Below, in pieces: positions 18,511 to 27,737 of a stretch of DNA of 64,000 nt. The position numbers were made by a program, and so were the translations under genes. Under the pieces are notes generated by a model. The model worked only from the letters and a program-made list of their open reading frames with translations. It had not been told where the DNA came from and did not search any database. Position 1 is the stretch's first letter, and the number at the start of each line of letters is the position of its first letter. Source of the stretch: Spirochaetia bacterium (GTDB lineage Bacteria; Spirochaetota; Spirochaetia; SZUA-6; Bin103); the NCBI GenBank assembly GCA_965203515.1, contig OZ241907.1, forward strand, positions 2,464,001 to 2,528,000. Direction: 5' to 3'.

Positions 18511-20430
18511 TCAGTCCCAGGGGGTATGATAGCCGGGCGAGCCGGCGTAACGGTCGATCTCAAGGGTCAGACGCAGCTCGCTGCCGGCCGGCAACGCGAC
18601 CTGCAGGTAGCGGCCGCCCACCTCCAGCGAGCGCGGCTCGGTGCGGAGCTCCGGCGGCGGGCCGTTGCCGATCGGCCCCGGGTAGTGGCTGACCCGTTCC
18701 GGGAACGCGGCCCGCCGGAACCGGTGCTCGCCGAAGCCGCCCGCCTGCAGGACCACGATGCGATCGTCGGCCCCGCTGGTGTTGACCAGGTGCAGGCGCA
18801 GACCGCCGGGATCGACCGAGGTCACCAGCGCGGCGACGTCGGCCGGCAGCCCCGGCCGCCGCCACTGCGCGTCGAAGTAGCGCAGGCGGCAGTGGAGCAG
18901 TCCGCCGTTGTAGATGATCTGCGGCGAGCCGGTGGTGAGCTGCACCAGCGCCTCGGTGGTGATCGGGTTGGCGTCCTGCCAGTGGTGGATGTGCACGGTG
19001 GCGATGTCCGCGTCGTCGCGGCGGATCTGGTCGAGGCGGCGGCACGCCTGGGCGTATGCCTGCCCCAGAATCGCCTCGGGGTAGTCGGGGTTGTCGCCGC
19101 ACAGATACGCCAGCCATGCCGGTTCGTGATCGGCGTCCTCCTTGCCGCGCATCGGCACCACCCTGCGCCAGTCAGCGCTGGAACGCGCGCGGATGGCGAG
19201 CAGTCGATCCCAGTCCTGGTCGGCCTCGGTCACGTTCCAGAGCGCCGCCGGCACGCGGGTCGACATGGGCTGGAAGTCGAACCATCCATGGTCGCCGTAC
19301 CGGTACGGGACCACGAACTCGACCGCCCCCGGCGGCTGCGCGGCGAAGTGCTCCGGCAGGCTCATCGAAAGCTCGGCGACCGGCATGTCGCGGCCCTGCT
19401 TCCAGACCGCGTCGAACTGTCGGCGCGGCAGGTCCAGGAAGCGCTCCTCGCCGCTGATCAGGAAGGCGTTGAGCGCCGCGTCGAGCGCCGCGTAGCCGAT
19501 GTTGTAGTAGCCGTGCGGCCACGTCCAACCGTACAGGCCGCCGTACCACTTGCCGTCCAGGTACTCCCCCACCCGGCCGGACAGACCGACGTTGTCCGGC
19601 AGCAGCCCGTCGGCCGCCCGCGCCCGCCCCAACCACGCGCCGACGTACTCCAGGACCCAGTCGCGGTAGCGCTCCTCTCCGGTGAGCAGGAACGCGTTGG
19701 TCACCAGGCTGGTGACGCACAGGTTGCCGGCCACGTCGCCGCGTCCCATGCGCTCCTCCATCACCTGGCCCATCCGGCGGGCCAGCGCCGGGTCGCGCAG
19801 ATCGTCATAGCTGGCGATGCCGGGTACGTCGTGGTACGGCAGACCGTAGCGGGACATCCCGGCCGACCAGCCGTAGACCGGCTCGTTCAGGAAGAAGCCC
19901 CAGCGCGGCCCGCCGGCGCCGTTGTGCGGGGCGCGGATCAGGCGCCGCTGCCGGTCGTAGTTGGGCGCCTCCGGGTCGGTCCCCAGGTAGAAGCCGGCGA
20001 ACCGCTCCGCCCGCTTGCGCAGCAGCATGTCGCCGGGATCGGCAAGGCAGAGCGCGTAGAAGTAGGTGTAACTCTCCGACTGGTGGAACTGGTCGTAGCC
20101 CAGCTCGTACTCGCGCCGGAGCACGCCGTAGGAGGTGAGCTGCTCGGTCACCGCGTCCCACTGCCGGTGGCTGAGCCGCAGCAGATCGGGGTCGCCGCCG
20201 AGCAGGTAATAGAGCGGCCAGTTGCCGAACGACTCGTAGAAGTCGTCGGCGCCGTCGCGGCTGGGATAGCCCTCGCTGGCCGCGTCGCGCCAGATCAGGG
20301 TCCCCTCCGCGTCGGTGTACTTGTCCAGAAACGGATCGACCGCCGCGTCCAGCAGGTCGAACAGACGCCGCTGCAACGCCGCCCAGGCCGGGAGCCGCGT
20401 GTACGGCGTGGTCGCGGTGATGGTGGTCAC
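18511..20430 (-). CDS. Uncharacterised protein of about 640 aa (possible alpha/alpha-barrel carbohydrate-active enzyme)
   Basis: Long ORF in an operon, GTG start preceded by GAGGAG; rich in aromatic/acidic motifs (DGADDFYESF, YDQFHQSE, PDNVG, WYGGLYGW). The fold is a guess. Confidence 0.7.
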   Translation of the reverse strand: MTTITATTPYTRLPAWAALQRRLFDLLDAAVDPFLDKYTDAEGTLIWRDAASEGYPSRDGADDFYESFGNWPLYYLLGGDPDLLRLSHRQWDAVTEQLTSYGVLRREYELGYDQFHQSESYTYFYALCLADPGDMLLRKRAERFAGFYLGTDPEAPNYDRQRRLIRAPHNGAGGPRWGFFLNEPVYGWSAGMSRYGLPYHDVPGIASYDDLRDPALARRMGQVMEERMGRGDVAGNLCVTSLVTNAFLLTGEERYRDWVLEYVGAWLGRARAADGLLPDNVGLSGRVGEYLDGKWYGGLYGWTWPHGYYNIGYAALDAALNAFLISGEERFLDLPRRQFDAVWKQGRDMPVAELSMSLPEHFAAQPPGAVEFVVPYRYGDHGWFDFQPMSTRVPAALWNVTEADQDWDRLLAIRARSSADWRRVVPMRGKEDADHEPAWLAYLCGDNPDYPEAILGQAYAQACRRLDQIRRDDADIATVHIHHWQDANPITTEALVQLTTGSPQIIYNGGLLHCRLRYFDAQWRRPGLPADVAALVTSVDPGGLRLHLVNTSGADDRIVVLQAGGFGEHRFRRAAFPERVSHYPGPIGNGPPPELRTEPRSLEVGGRYLQVALPAGSELRLTLEIDRYAGSPGYHTPWD

Positions 20431-20440
20431 CGGCGGCTCC

Positions 20441-21235
20441 TCACGTCTCCGGCAGCTCGTTGCGGAAGTTGTCCTGGGGACCGAACGCCTCCCAGGCGCT
20501 GTTGAAGAAGGCGCGCTGCGCATCGGTGAGCATGGCCATCGTCTCCGCGCCGGGTATGCGGTCGCGCTGCCAATGGTAGGTGGCCGCGCGGTCGTTGTAC
20601 TTGTAGAACAGGCCGTAGCGCGGCTCTTCAGCCGTCCAGCGGTTGGCGCCGTGGGCCAGGGTCTCGGTGAAGATGATGGCCGATCCCTTGGGCGCGGGGA
20701 TGTTCCGCACCAGCGGGCCGTCGACGGCGTACAGCCGGTCGCGGTCCTGGTCCGGTACGCGGAAGTCGGACTTGTGCGAGCCGGGAATGCAGGCGAAGCC
20801 GCCGTCCTTTGCCGTGATCTCCTGCAGCGCGAACGAGACCACGGTGAGCCCCGTGAAGATCCGGTCGCCCTGCACGGCGTAGCGGAAGTTGACCCTGCCG
20901 CCGCGATGGCCGCCGTGCATCTCGAACTGCGGGCAGCCCTTGGAGCGCACGAAGCTGTAGGCGCTCTCCAGGCGCAGCTTGGGACCGATGATCTCGGTCA
21001 GCACTTCCAGCAGCCGGGGATGGTCGATCAGCGAAATGAACGGCTCGCCCGCTTCGATCAAACCGGCGCAACGGTGCCAGGTGCCGTTGGCGTCGTAGCC
21101 GTCTGGGGTCTTGGCGAGCGGCTGCATGCGCTCGCGGATCTTGCGCTTGGCGGTCTCACACTGTTCACCGGTGAGCACGTCCTCGACCAGCAGGTAGCCC
21201 TGCAGGTCGAACAGGTATTTCTGCGTGGCGGTCAT
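20441..21235 (-). CDS. Phytanoyl-CoA dioxygenase (PhyH)-family Fe(II)/2OG enzyme with HxG in place of HxD
   Basis: YLFDLQGYLLVEDVL, DGGFACIPGSHKS, GSAIIFTETLAHG; first metal motif reads MHGG. Confidence 0.85.
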   Translation of the reverse strand: MTATQKYLFDLQGYLLVEDVLTGEQCETAKRKIRERMQPLAKTPDGYDANGTWHRCAGLIEAGEPFISLIDHPRLLEVLTEIIGPKLRLESAYSFVRSKGCPQFEMHGGHRGGRVNFRYAVQGDRIFTGLTVVSFALQEITAKDGGFACIPGSHKSDFRVPDQDRDRLYAVDGPLVRNIPAPKGSAIIFTETLAHGANRWTAEEPRYGLFYKYNDRAATYHWQRDRIPGAETMAMLTDAQRAFFNSAWEAFGPQDNFRNELPET

Positions 21236-21242
21236 GCCGCCA

Positions 21243-21271
21243 AGCCTATGGTCTCGTCAAGCGCCCGACAA
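21243..21271 (-). promoter_or_regulatory. Putative sigma70 promoter (TTGTCG-17-TAGGCT), leaderless phyH-like operon
   Basis: The -10 hexamer lies 7 nt before the ATG at 21235; no Shine-Dalgarno is present. Confidence 0.5.
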
Positions 21272-21362
21272 GTGGGGGCGCATTCCTCCTCCGGGAGGGA
21301 CGCCTGCGGCGGCGCTGCCGGCCGGCGCGCAAGAGCGCTTAGCTTAGCGCGGCGCTGCCGTC

Positions 21363-21421
21363 GATTTTCTTGGAAAATCAGCGGCGGAGCCGTTGATTTC
21401 AAGGATGATGCCGCGTATGCT
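21363..21421 (+). promoter_or_regulatory. Inverted repeat GATTTTC-N3-GAAAATC plus sigma70 promoter TTGATT-17-TATGCT for the AAA_14 gene
   Basis: Inverted repeat at 21363-21379; -35 at 21393-21398; -10 at 21416-21421; GTG at 21430. Confidence 0.5.
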
Positions 21422-21429
21422 CCGGGACG

Positions 21430-22590
21430 GTGTACGCACGAGCGCTGGACGTCAGGGAGCTCGCCGCCCGCAAGTCGCTGTTTCTGTTCGGTCCCCGCAG
21501 CACCGGCAAGACCACGCTGCTGCGCGCGCAGTTCGACGCGCGCGCGATTCTGGATCTCCTGCGCAGCAGCGTATACCTGCCGCTCGCCGAGCATCCATGG
21601 CGCCTGCGCGAGGTGGTGGCCGAAGGCCGCGTCGATGCCGCGGCCGGCGCGCCGGTCGTCGTCATCGACGAGATCCAGAAGCTGCCCCGGCTGCTCGACG
21701 AGGTGCATGACCTGATCGAGACGAAGGGGATCCGCTTCGTGCTGAGCGGTTCCAGCGGCCGCAAGCTCACGCGCGGCGGCGTGAACCTGCTGGGCGGCCG
21801 CGCGTGGCAGGCCAACCTGTTCCCGCTGACGAGCGCGGAGGTGCCGGAGCTGGACCTGGGCCGCTACCTCCTGCACGGCGGGCTGCCGCAGGTCTACGGC
21901 GCCGCGTATCCGGAGGAGGAGCTCGACGCGTACGTCAACACGTACCTCGCCGAAGAGATCCGCGGCGAGGCGCTGGTCCGGAACTTCGTTCACTTCTCCC
22001 GGTTTCTGAACGTCGCCGCGGTTTCCAACGGCCAGCAGCTCAACTTTGCGAACGTGGCGCGCGACACCGGGGTACCCGCCACCTCGGTGCGTTCCTACTT
22101 CGACATCCTCGCGGACACCTTCATCGGGTTCCTGCTGCAACCCTGGCGCGGTTCCCGCCGGCGCAAGGCCGCGGCGACGGCCAAGTTCTACTTCTTCGAC
22201 GTGGGCGTGGCCAACTTCCTGCGCGGCATCCGCACGTTGAACCGGAACGGCAGCGAGTACGGCGTCGCGTTCGAGCACTTCATCGCCATGGAGCTGCGCA
22301 GCTACCTCTCCTACCGGCGCGTACGGAGCGAGCTCACCTACTGGCGCACGCAGAGCGGAATAGAGGTCGACTTCCTGGTCGGTTCGGCAGCGGCCGTCGA
22401 GGTCAAGGCGTCGAGCCGGGTCTCCGACCGCGACCTGCGCGGTCTGCGCGCCCTGGCCGAAGAACGCCCCGGCGCCACGTCCTTCCTGGTCTCCTTCGAC
22501 GAGTTGGACCGGCGCACCGACGACGGCATCCGCCTCCTGCATTGGCGGACGTTCCTTGCCGAACTCTGGGGCGATGCATTTTCCTGGTAG
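21430..22590 (+). CDS. AAA_14 ATPase with C-terminal DUF4143 (PD-(D/E)xK-like) domain
   Basis: GPRSTGKTT, IDEIQK, LSGSS, LLGGRA, KFYFFDVG, EVDFLV...VEVK. Confidence 0.88.
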   Translation: MYARALDVRELAARKSLFLFGPRSTGKTTLLRAQFDARAILDLLRSSVYLPLAEHPWRLREVVAEGRVDAAAGAPVVVIDEIQKLPRLLDEVHDLIETKGIRFVLSGSSGRKLTRGGVNLLGGRAWQANLFPLTSAEVPELDLGRYLLHGGLPQVYGAAYPEEELDAYVNTYLAEEIRGEALVRNFVHFSRFLNVAAVSNGQQLNFANVARDTGVPATSVRSYFDILADTFIGFLLQPWRGSRRRKAAATAKFYFFDVGVANFLRGIRTLNRNGSEYGVAFEHFIAMELRSYLSYRRVRSELTYWRTQSGIEVDFLVGSAAAVEVKASSRVSDRDLRGLRALAEERPGATSFLVSFDELDRRTDDGIRLLHWRTFLAELWGDAFSW

Positions 22591-22599
22591 CATGCTGAG

Positions 22600-23304
22600 A
22601 TGATCGATCGCTCCACCACGGCGCCCGATTATCGGGAACGGTTCGCGCACTTCGCCGCCCGCTCCGGGCTGTTGCGCTTCGGGCGGTTCACCACCAGGTC
22701 GGGGCGCGCGTCGCCGTACTTCTTCGACACCGGCGCGTGCGCGGACGGGGCGGCGCTGGATGAGCTGGGCGGCTACTACGCCGCCGCGATCGCCGACCGG
22801 TTCCCGGATGCGACGCTGCTGTTCGGACCGGCATACAAGGGGATCACGCTGGCCGCCGCGGCGGCGATCGCCCTCAGCCGGGGCCGCGCGCAACCGGTCG
22901 GCTTCTGCTTCGACCGCAAGGAGCGCAAGGAGCACGGCGAGGGCGGACTGCTGGTCGGCCGGCTCCCCGTCGCCGGCGACCGCGTGGTGATCGTCGACGA
23001 CGTGATCACCGACGGGGCCTCCAAACGGCAGGCGATCGAGCTCCTGCGGCGGGAGACCGGCATCCGTCCCGCCGGGCTGCTGGTGGCGGTCGACCGCCAG
23101 GAACGGGGCGCCGGCGACCGCAGCGCCCTGGACGAGCTGTCCGGCGAGCTCGACCTGCCCGCGGCGGCCGTCGCCACGATCCGCCAGGTCGTCGACGTCC
23201 TGGCGCGGCAGCCGGTCGGCGGCCGCCTGCTGATCGACGCCGCGCTGCGCCGCCGCATCGAAGCCTATCTGCAGCAGTACGCGCCGCGACCGCCGGCAGC
23301 CTGA
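22600..23304 (+). CDS. pyrE: Orotate phosphoribosyltransferase
   Basis: FGRFTTRSGRASPYFF, FGPAYKGI, RKERKEHGEGG, PRPP motif VIVDDVITDG. Confidence 0.95.
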   Translation: MIDRSTTAPDYRERFAHFAARSGLLRFGRFTTRSGRASPYFFDTGACADGAALDELGGYYAAAIADRFPDATLLFGPAYKGITLAAAAAIALSRGRAQPVGFCFDRKERKEHGEGGLLVGRLPVAGDRVVIVDDVITDGASKRQAIELLRRETGIRPAGLLVAVDRQERGAGDRSALDELSGELDLPAAAVATIRQVVDVLARQPVGGRLLIDAALRRRIEAYLQQYAPRPPAA

Positions 23305-24653
23305 TGCGGATTCGGCGGCGCCTGGCCCCGCTGCCGCCTACGCCGCTCAACCGCCGCCGCATCGAATCGCGCGTGCGGTGGCTCGGCCCGCTGGTCCGCT
23401 ATGGCATGCGGCCCCTGGTGCGCACCACCTTCGGACCGTCCGAGCCGTTGCGCGAGCCGGCGCTGGTCCTGTCCAACCACTCCTCGTTCTGGGACCCGAT
23501 GTTCCTGTCGCTGGCCGCGGGGCGCGCCATCCACTTCCTGGCGACCGAGCTGGCGTTCTCCGGAGGGCCGGTCGGCTGGGTGCACCGCTTCTTCGGCGCG
23601 GTGCCGAAGCGCAAGTACACCGCCGATCCCCGCGCGATCCTTCGCCTGCGCCGCTGGCGAGACCTGGGCGGCTCGATCGGATTGTTCCCCGAAGGTGAAC
23701 GGACCTGGGACGGTCGGCCGCTGCCGATCCTGCCCGGCATCGAGAAGCTGGTGCGGGCGATGGATCTGCCGGTGGTGACCATGCGCGTGTACAACGGGTG
23801 GCGCCAGTCGCCGCGCTGGGCTGCGGCCTTCCGCCGCGGCCGCGTACACGTGGTGGTCGATCGGCCGCGGCGCTTCACCGACCGCGACTCCCTGCAGTCG
23901 ATCCGCCGCTACATAGAGCAGCGCATCAGCGTCGACGCCGAAACCGCGCCGTGCTGGCCGGTGCGCGGGCGGCGGTTGGCGGCCGGGATCGGCAACGTGC
24001 TGTTCGCCTGCCCCGCCTGTCTGCGGCTCGACGCGATCGACGAGCGCGGCGATACCGTCGCCTGCCGGCACTGCGGAGCGGCGTGGCGCGTCGATGCCGA
24101 GTGCCGGCTCCTGCCGGCCGACGGCGGCGACGCGATCACCCTGCGCGCGGCCGCCGACCATCTCCGCGGCCGGTTCCCGGAACCGTGGCTGCCGGCCGAC
24201 GGCGCGCTGCCGGCCGGCGAGCTGCTGCGCAGCGAGCCGGTCCGCCTCTACGACGTCACCGATCCGGCGCCGGCGCTGATCGCGCGCGGCCCGTTGGTGC
24301 TGACCGCCGCGTCGCTCCGCGTCGCCGGCGCGCCGTGGTCGATCCCGACGACATGGTCGATTCCGATCGCCGAGCTGCGCGCCGAGGCGGTCGATATCCG
24401 GCGGCGGCTCAACTTCTCTTCGCGGCGCCGCGTGTTCGAGGTGGTGATGCCCAAGGAGTCGGTGATCAAGTGGGAGCTGTTCCTGCGCCACGTCCGATCG
24501 CGGCATGTCCGATCGCGGCATTGCCGCGCACGCCGTCGTCGGACAGAATCCCGGCGAGATCAGCGGATGGGGCACCCAGCTTCGGCCCGTGGGGGCGCAG
24601 CTCACGGAACCGATCGCGCCGGCGCCGGAGCGCCGCCCGTGTCGGCCGCATGA
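23304..24653 (+). CDS. 1-acyl-sn-glycerol-3-phosphate (lysophospholipid) acyltransferase with a C-terminal Cys4 ribbon
   Basis: NHSSFWD (HX4D), FPEGER, CPAC...CRHC. Confidence 0.85.
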   Translation: MRIRRRLAPLPPTPLNRRRIESRVRWLGPLVRYGMRPLVRTTFGPSEPLREPALVLSNHSSFWDPMFLSLAAGRAIHFLATELAFSGGPVGWVHRFFGAVPKRKYTADPRAILRLRRWRDLGGSIGLFPEGERTWDGRPLPILPGIEKLVRAMDLPVVTMRVYNGWRQSPRWAAAFRRGRVHVVVDRPRRFTDRDSLQSIRRYIEQRISVDAETAPCWPVRGRRLAAGIGNVLFACPACLRLDAIDERGDTVACRHCGAAWRVDAECRLLPADGGDAITLRAAADHLRGRFPEPWLPADGALPAGELLRSEPVRLYDVTDPAPALIARGPLVLTAASLRVAGAPWSIPTTWSIPIAELRAEAVDIRRRLNFSSRRRVFEVVMPKESVIKWELFLRHVRSRHVRSRHCRARRRRTESRRDQRMGHPASARGGAAHGTDRAGAGAPPVSAA

Positions 24654-26302
24654 CGGGCCGCGTGCGCGCCGCGCTGCTGGTCGCGCTGGCCGCGACGCCG
24701 CTCTGCGCCGGAGCCCAGACGCTGGTGTCGCCGAACGATCCGATCTACGACCACCTGCGAGTCTGGGAGCAACGCGGCCTCATCGACTGGCTGCCCCCGC
24801 TTCGGCCGCTGCCGGCGCCGATGGTGCGCGGCGCTCTGCAGCGGGTGGCCGGCTCCGCGCCGGCCATCGACCGTCAGATCGCCCGCAGCCTGTTGGCGCG
24901 CTACTTTGGGCCGCTGCCGGTGCAGGGCCGGGCGCAGATCGGCGGCCGATCGAAGACCACGGTGGCCGGCGGCATGCTGCCGGCGCAAATCGCGGCGCAG
25001 GTCGCGGCGGGCGTGCAGGTGCCGATCAGCGATCGGATCGGCTTCGGATTCTCCGCGCGGACACGGACGACCTCGATCGTGCCCGCTCCCGTGATGCCGC
25101 GGCTCACGCACGATCCGTACGACAAAACCGCGCCGGGCGCCCTCACCACGATCCTGGGCGAGGAATTCGACTTCCGCGTAGAGCTCGCCGGCAACGCTTT
25201 CGTCGGCGAGGCCGAGCCGGGGACCGGACGCGACGCCTGGTACGTGCAGGCCGGCTACGGACGAAGCTCGTTCGGCTACGGCGAAGACAGCACGATCGTC
25301 TCCGATGCGGCCGCTCCGGCCGGCTACCTGGCCGGGACCTACCGTGGATCCTGGATCGCCTATTCGGCGATGTTCATGGAACTGGTCGCCACCTACGGGA
25401 CCTGCAGCGGCGCCACCCCGGCCGGAGTCGCCTGCGACGAGCACGGCCGCTATTCGCTGCGCGAGCGCGCGCGGGTGGCGGACGGACGCCATCCCGGAAA
25501 GTATCTGGTGGTGCAATCGCTGAGCTTCTATCCCGCCGACTGGCTGGAGCTGACCGCGCTGCAGTCGGTGCTGTTCGGCGGACGGCTGTCGCCGACCTAT
25601 CTGCTGCCGGTATTCCCCAGCGTGTACACGCAGATGCAACTCGGCGACTACGACAACGCCTTCCTGGGGGCGGCCGCCCGCGTGCGGCTGCCGTACGGCG
25701 CTTCGCTCGGCGCGGTGCTCTACGTCGACGACATCAACCTGACGGAGATCCGGCGGTTCGACTTCGACTCCGACCAGAACAAGCTGGCGCTCGACCTGGA
25801 AGCCGGCATCGCCCCGCCGCTGCCGATCCTCACGGTCCTGTCGGCCCGCTATCGGATGGTGACGCCTTACCTGTACGCGCACCATCCGGCGGCGATCGAC
25901 TATCTGACGTATACCCACGGGGGGCGTCACCTGGGCACCATGCTCGATCCCAACTCCGACGAGATACGGGTGCGCGCGCAGGCGTTCCCGCTCGACTGGC
26001 TCGGCATCGACCTGTCCCTGCGCCGGGTGCGCCACGGCGGCCCCGCCGGCGGCTCGGTCTGGGACCACGGCCTGGTGGGCGGCTCCTTCGTGTTCTACGG
26101 GCCGTCGACGTTCCTCAAGCAGGACGTGTTGGAGCACCTTCTGCAAGCGCGGGCCGGCATCGACCTGCGCGTCGACCTGCAGCCGGTGGAGCTGCGCTTC
26201 GAGGTCGCCTACACCTACGAGCAGGTGAGCAACCGCGATCTGGTACCGGGCGCCGGCGAGCGGTCGCACCTGTTCGAGGTGAGCACTTCGGTACGCTACT
26301 GA
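24650..26302 (+). CDS. Exported, probably outer-membrane beta-barrel protein (Wzi-like)
   Basis: Signal peptide ending LCAGA; N-terminal DPIYDHL..W...GLI...RP motif; alternating beta strands and C-terminal Tyr. ATGA overlap with the upstream gene. Confidence 0.6.
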   Translation: MTGRVRAALLVALAATPLCAGAQTLVSPNDPIYDHLRVWEQRGLIDWLPPLRPLPAPMVRGALQRVAGSAPAIDRQIARSLLARYFGPLPVQGRAQIGGRSKTTVAGGMLPAQIAAQVAAGVQVPISDRIGFGFSARTRTTSIVPAPVMPRLTHDPYDKTAPGALTTILGEEFDFRVELAGNAFVGEAEPGTGRDAWYVQAGYGRSSFGYGEDSTIVSDAAAPAGYLAGTYRGSWIAYSAMFMELVATYGTCSGATPAGVACDEHGRYSLRERARVADGRHPGKYLVVQSLSFYPADWLELTALQSVLFGGRLSPTYLLPVFPSVYTQMQLGDYDNAFLGAAARVRLPYGASLGAVLYVDDINLTEIRRFDFDSDQNKLALDLEAGIAPPLPILTVLSARYRMVTPYLYAHHPAAIDYLTYTHGGRHLGTMLDPNSDEIRVRAQAFPLDWLGIDLSLRRVRHGGPAGGSVWDHGLVGGSFVFYGPSTFLKQDVLEHLLQARAGIDLRVDLQPVELRFEVAYTYEQVSNRDLVPGAGERSHLFEVSTSVRY

Positions 26303-26919
26303 TCCGCCGGTGCCCGATCCTGCGCCGGTGCCCGATCCTCCGGCGTCCGGTCAGCTTGCGCCGCGACGCGCCGAAGCACGTCGGCGAGCGGCGGGCTCAC
26401 GTCCAGCGTTGCGGCAAGCTCGCGGGCGAGGGGGGACATCTTGGCCCAGGTACGGCTGAGGACCCGCCACAGCGTCTTTGCATCCCGGCCCTCCGCGAAC
26501 CCGGCCAGCTCGGCCTCCAGGAACGACAGGCAGGCGGCGTCCTCCAGGACCTGCGTCTCCGCATCGCTGCCCAGCCCTTCCTTGCGGACCAGCGCGGCCA
26601 CCCGCTCGATCAGCGCGGCGGGAGCGCGCAGATCGTCCAGGATGGCCGCAGCCAGCTCGGCGTGATGGCGGGCGCAGGCGCGGCGCCAGCGCAGATAGCC
26701 GGAGCGGCCCTGCGGGTAGCGGGCGCGCGGGATGTCCCAGCGCCGCAGGTGCTGAGCGCGGACCGCGATCGCCAGCGCCGTCGACGGCCGCGTGGTCAGG
26801 CGGCCCATCCAGCAGGTCATGCGCCGCCCATATTCGACCGCCTGCCCTGACGGGTCCTCCGCGTTTGCCGCGTCGATGCGCTCGCAGGCGCGGCGGATCA
26901 GGTCAGCGCCGGCCGCCAT
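26296..26919 (-). CDS. DUF4202 family protein
   Basis: IDAANAEDP, YGRRM, RAQHLRRW.IPR..YP.GR.GYL.WR, LEDAACL.FL, TWAKMS. Confidence 0.85.
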   Translation of the reverse strand: MAAGADLIRRACERIDAANAEDPSGQAVEYGRRMTCWMGRLTTRPSTALAIAVRAQHLRRWDIPRARYPQGRSGYLRWRRACARHHAELAAAILDDLRAPAALIERVAALVRKEGLGSDAETQVLEDAACLSFLEAELAGFAEGRDAKTLWRVLSRTWAKMSPLARELAATLDVSPPLADVLRRVAAQADRTPEDRAPAQDRAPADQ

Positions 26920-26946
26920 GCGTGACGCCGCCCGGGACCGGCGCCG

Positions 26947-27531
26947 TCACTCGGACATCGAGATGAGCTCGTCCTTGACGCCCTGCAGCACCCGACCGTA
27001 GCGGTCGTCCACCATCATGAGCTGCTGGCGCATCAGCCCCACGTACTCAGGATCGGTCTGCGGGTTGATCTGCACGCGCTGGCCGGCCTTCTTGGAGAGC
27101 TCCGCCTCTTTCTGCTGTCGGCGCGGCTCGTAGGCGCGGTCGACCTCCTGCCGCATGCGGTTGCGCTCTCCCAGGTACTCCTGGAAGAACTGATCGAGCT
27201 GGTTGAGCAGCATCCTCAGCTTGCGGTGGTTGTCGCTGAGCGCGCGGAACCCTTCGCCGGCGAGGCGGCTGCGCTTGAGCGCGAACTCGTCGGCCGGCAG
27301 GGTGAGGTTGCTGAGCAGCGCGTCGCGAACTCCGTCCCGAACCCAGCCGGCCTGCTTGCCGTCGAACTGCTCCAGCAACCCCTCCAGGTCGGCCTCCGGA
27401 TCGCCGAGGTACCGCGACACCAGCTTCTTGCCTTCGGTGGTGAACTGGTTCTGCTCCAGGTTCTCCCGATCGGCGACGACGTCCTTGGTCCGCTCCAGGG
27501 CGATCTCCCATGAAGACTTGATGGTTCCCAT
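26947..27531 (-). CDS. Conserved hypothetical coiled-coil protein (MGxIKSxxEIALERT family)
   Basis: Recognisable N-terminus; AAGGAG upstream; lies directly downstream of tRNA-Pro. Confidence 0.75.
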   Translation of the reverse strand: MGTIKSSWEIALERTKDVVADRENLEQNQFTTEGKKLVSRYLGDPEADLEGLLEQFDGKQAGWVRDGVRDALLSNLTLPADEFALKRSRLAGEGFRALSDNHRKLRMLLNQLDQFFQEYLGERNRMRQEVDRAYEPRRQQKEAELSKKAGQRVQINPQTDPEYVGLMRQQLMMVDDRYGRVLQGVKDELISMSE

Positions 27532-27556
27532 GCCGCACCTACTCTCCTTGCTTCGC

Positions 27557-27629
27557 TCGGGCTGGGCGGACTCGAACCGCCGACCCCACGCCCCCCAGAC
27601 GTGTACGCTACCAACTGCGCCACAGCCCG
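27557..27629 (-). tRNA. tRNA-Pro(GGG), CCA not encoded
   Basis: CGGGCTG acceptor stem, D loop AGTTGGTA, anticodon loop CTGGGGG, T loop GTTCGAGT; 73 nt. Confidence 0.95.
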
Positions 27630-27737
27630 AAACGGAAGCGCCCGCATCGAACGCTCCGCCCGCTCAGTGTACCGCCGCGCGCGCGCGGCGTCCATGCCGC
27701 GCACGCTCGACCGACCGGCGACCGGTCCGCCCCCGCG

